Shown in pieces: positions 63,766-64,000 of a DNA stretch of 64,000 nt (positions within the stretch are counted from its first letter, which is position 1; each line of letters begins with the position of its first letter). Source of the DNA: a virus; the IMG/VR virus record IMGVR_UViG_3300023174_000090, positions 1 to 64,000 of that record; one strand, written 5' to 3'. Under the pieces are notes generated by a model. The model was not told where the DNA came from, ran no database searches, and saw only the letters and a list, made by a program, of their open reading frames with translations. Made by a program: the position numbers and the translations under genes.

Positions 63766-64000
63766 ATGAATAAAGAAGACGCATATGAAGCAGCACTGTT
63801 GGCGAAAATGGTCGGTTCACACCTTATGGGTGTGGATCGACTAACTTCAGAGAGAACCAGTAATCCTGCAAATAAAATTAATATAGAAAATTTTATCGCT
63901 CCTCTCATTGGGAAACAATCACAACCTTCTAATTTTATTGACCCTAATAGTGTATCTCCTGATATGCTGAAGGCATATGAAAATGTAAACCAGATTGCAC
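63766..64000 (+). CDS. Hypothetical protein, 5' part (runs off window)
   Basis: MNKEDAYEAALLAKMVGSHLMGVDRL... open to the window end, 4 nt after the gp32 stop. Confidence 0.6.
   Translation, partial: MNKEDAYEAALLAKMVGSHLMGVDRLTSERTSNPANKINIENFIAPLIGKQSQPSNFIDPNSVSPDMLKAYENVNQIA

Noticed and set aside
1-64000. Alternative genetic code (stop-codon reassignment)
   Set aside because: Core genes are full length in the standard code, and TAA, TAG and TGA all occur as genuine stops.
1-64000. tRNA, rRNA, integrase, transposase or a complete DGR
   Set aside because: Intergenic gaps are short, and no cloverleaf, recombinase or reverse-transcriptase motifs were recognised by eye; a tRNAscan/Infernal run would be needed to be certain.

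Overview
A 64 kb AT-rich segment of a large T4-like myovirus genome, with no bacterial housekeeping genes, tRNAs, rRNAs or CRISPR arrays visible. It holds head genes (gp13, gp4, gp21, gp22, gp23, a gp16-like gene, a GroES/gp31-like chaperonin) and baseplate/tail genes (gp25, gp6, a gp7-like protein, gp15). It also holds several modular fibre/adhesin genes: a gp38-like Gly-rich protein, a LamG/propeller protein, a 1329-aa repeat fibre and a plant-type LRR protein. The T4 replication/recombination core (gp44, gp62, gp61, uvsY, uvsW, gp55, gp47, gp46, gp43, thyX, uvsX, gp41, gp32) is present in a rearranged order. Four things stand out. (1) About 9 glycosyltransferase-like genes, an FkbM methyltransferase and two sulfotransferases, partly behind late promoters, coincide with a recurring [LIVF]-S-[AGS] motif in outer virion proteins; together they suggest a phage-encoded virion glycosylation system. 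(2) An LRR adhesin is built from near-identical 69-bp units that vary mainly at the binding face. (3) There are two apparent pseudoenzymes, a dead dUTPase and a dead GT2. (4) CCWGG appears to be strictly avoided. All assignments come from motif recognition by eye; no database searches were run.
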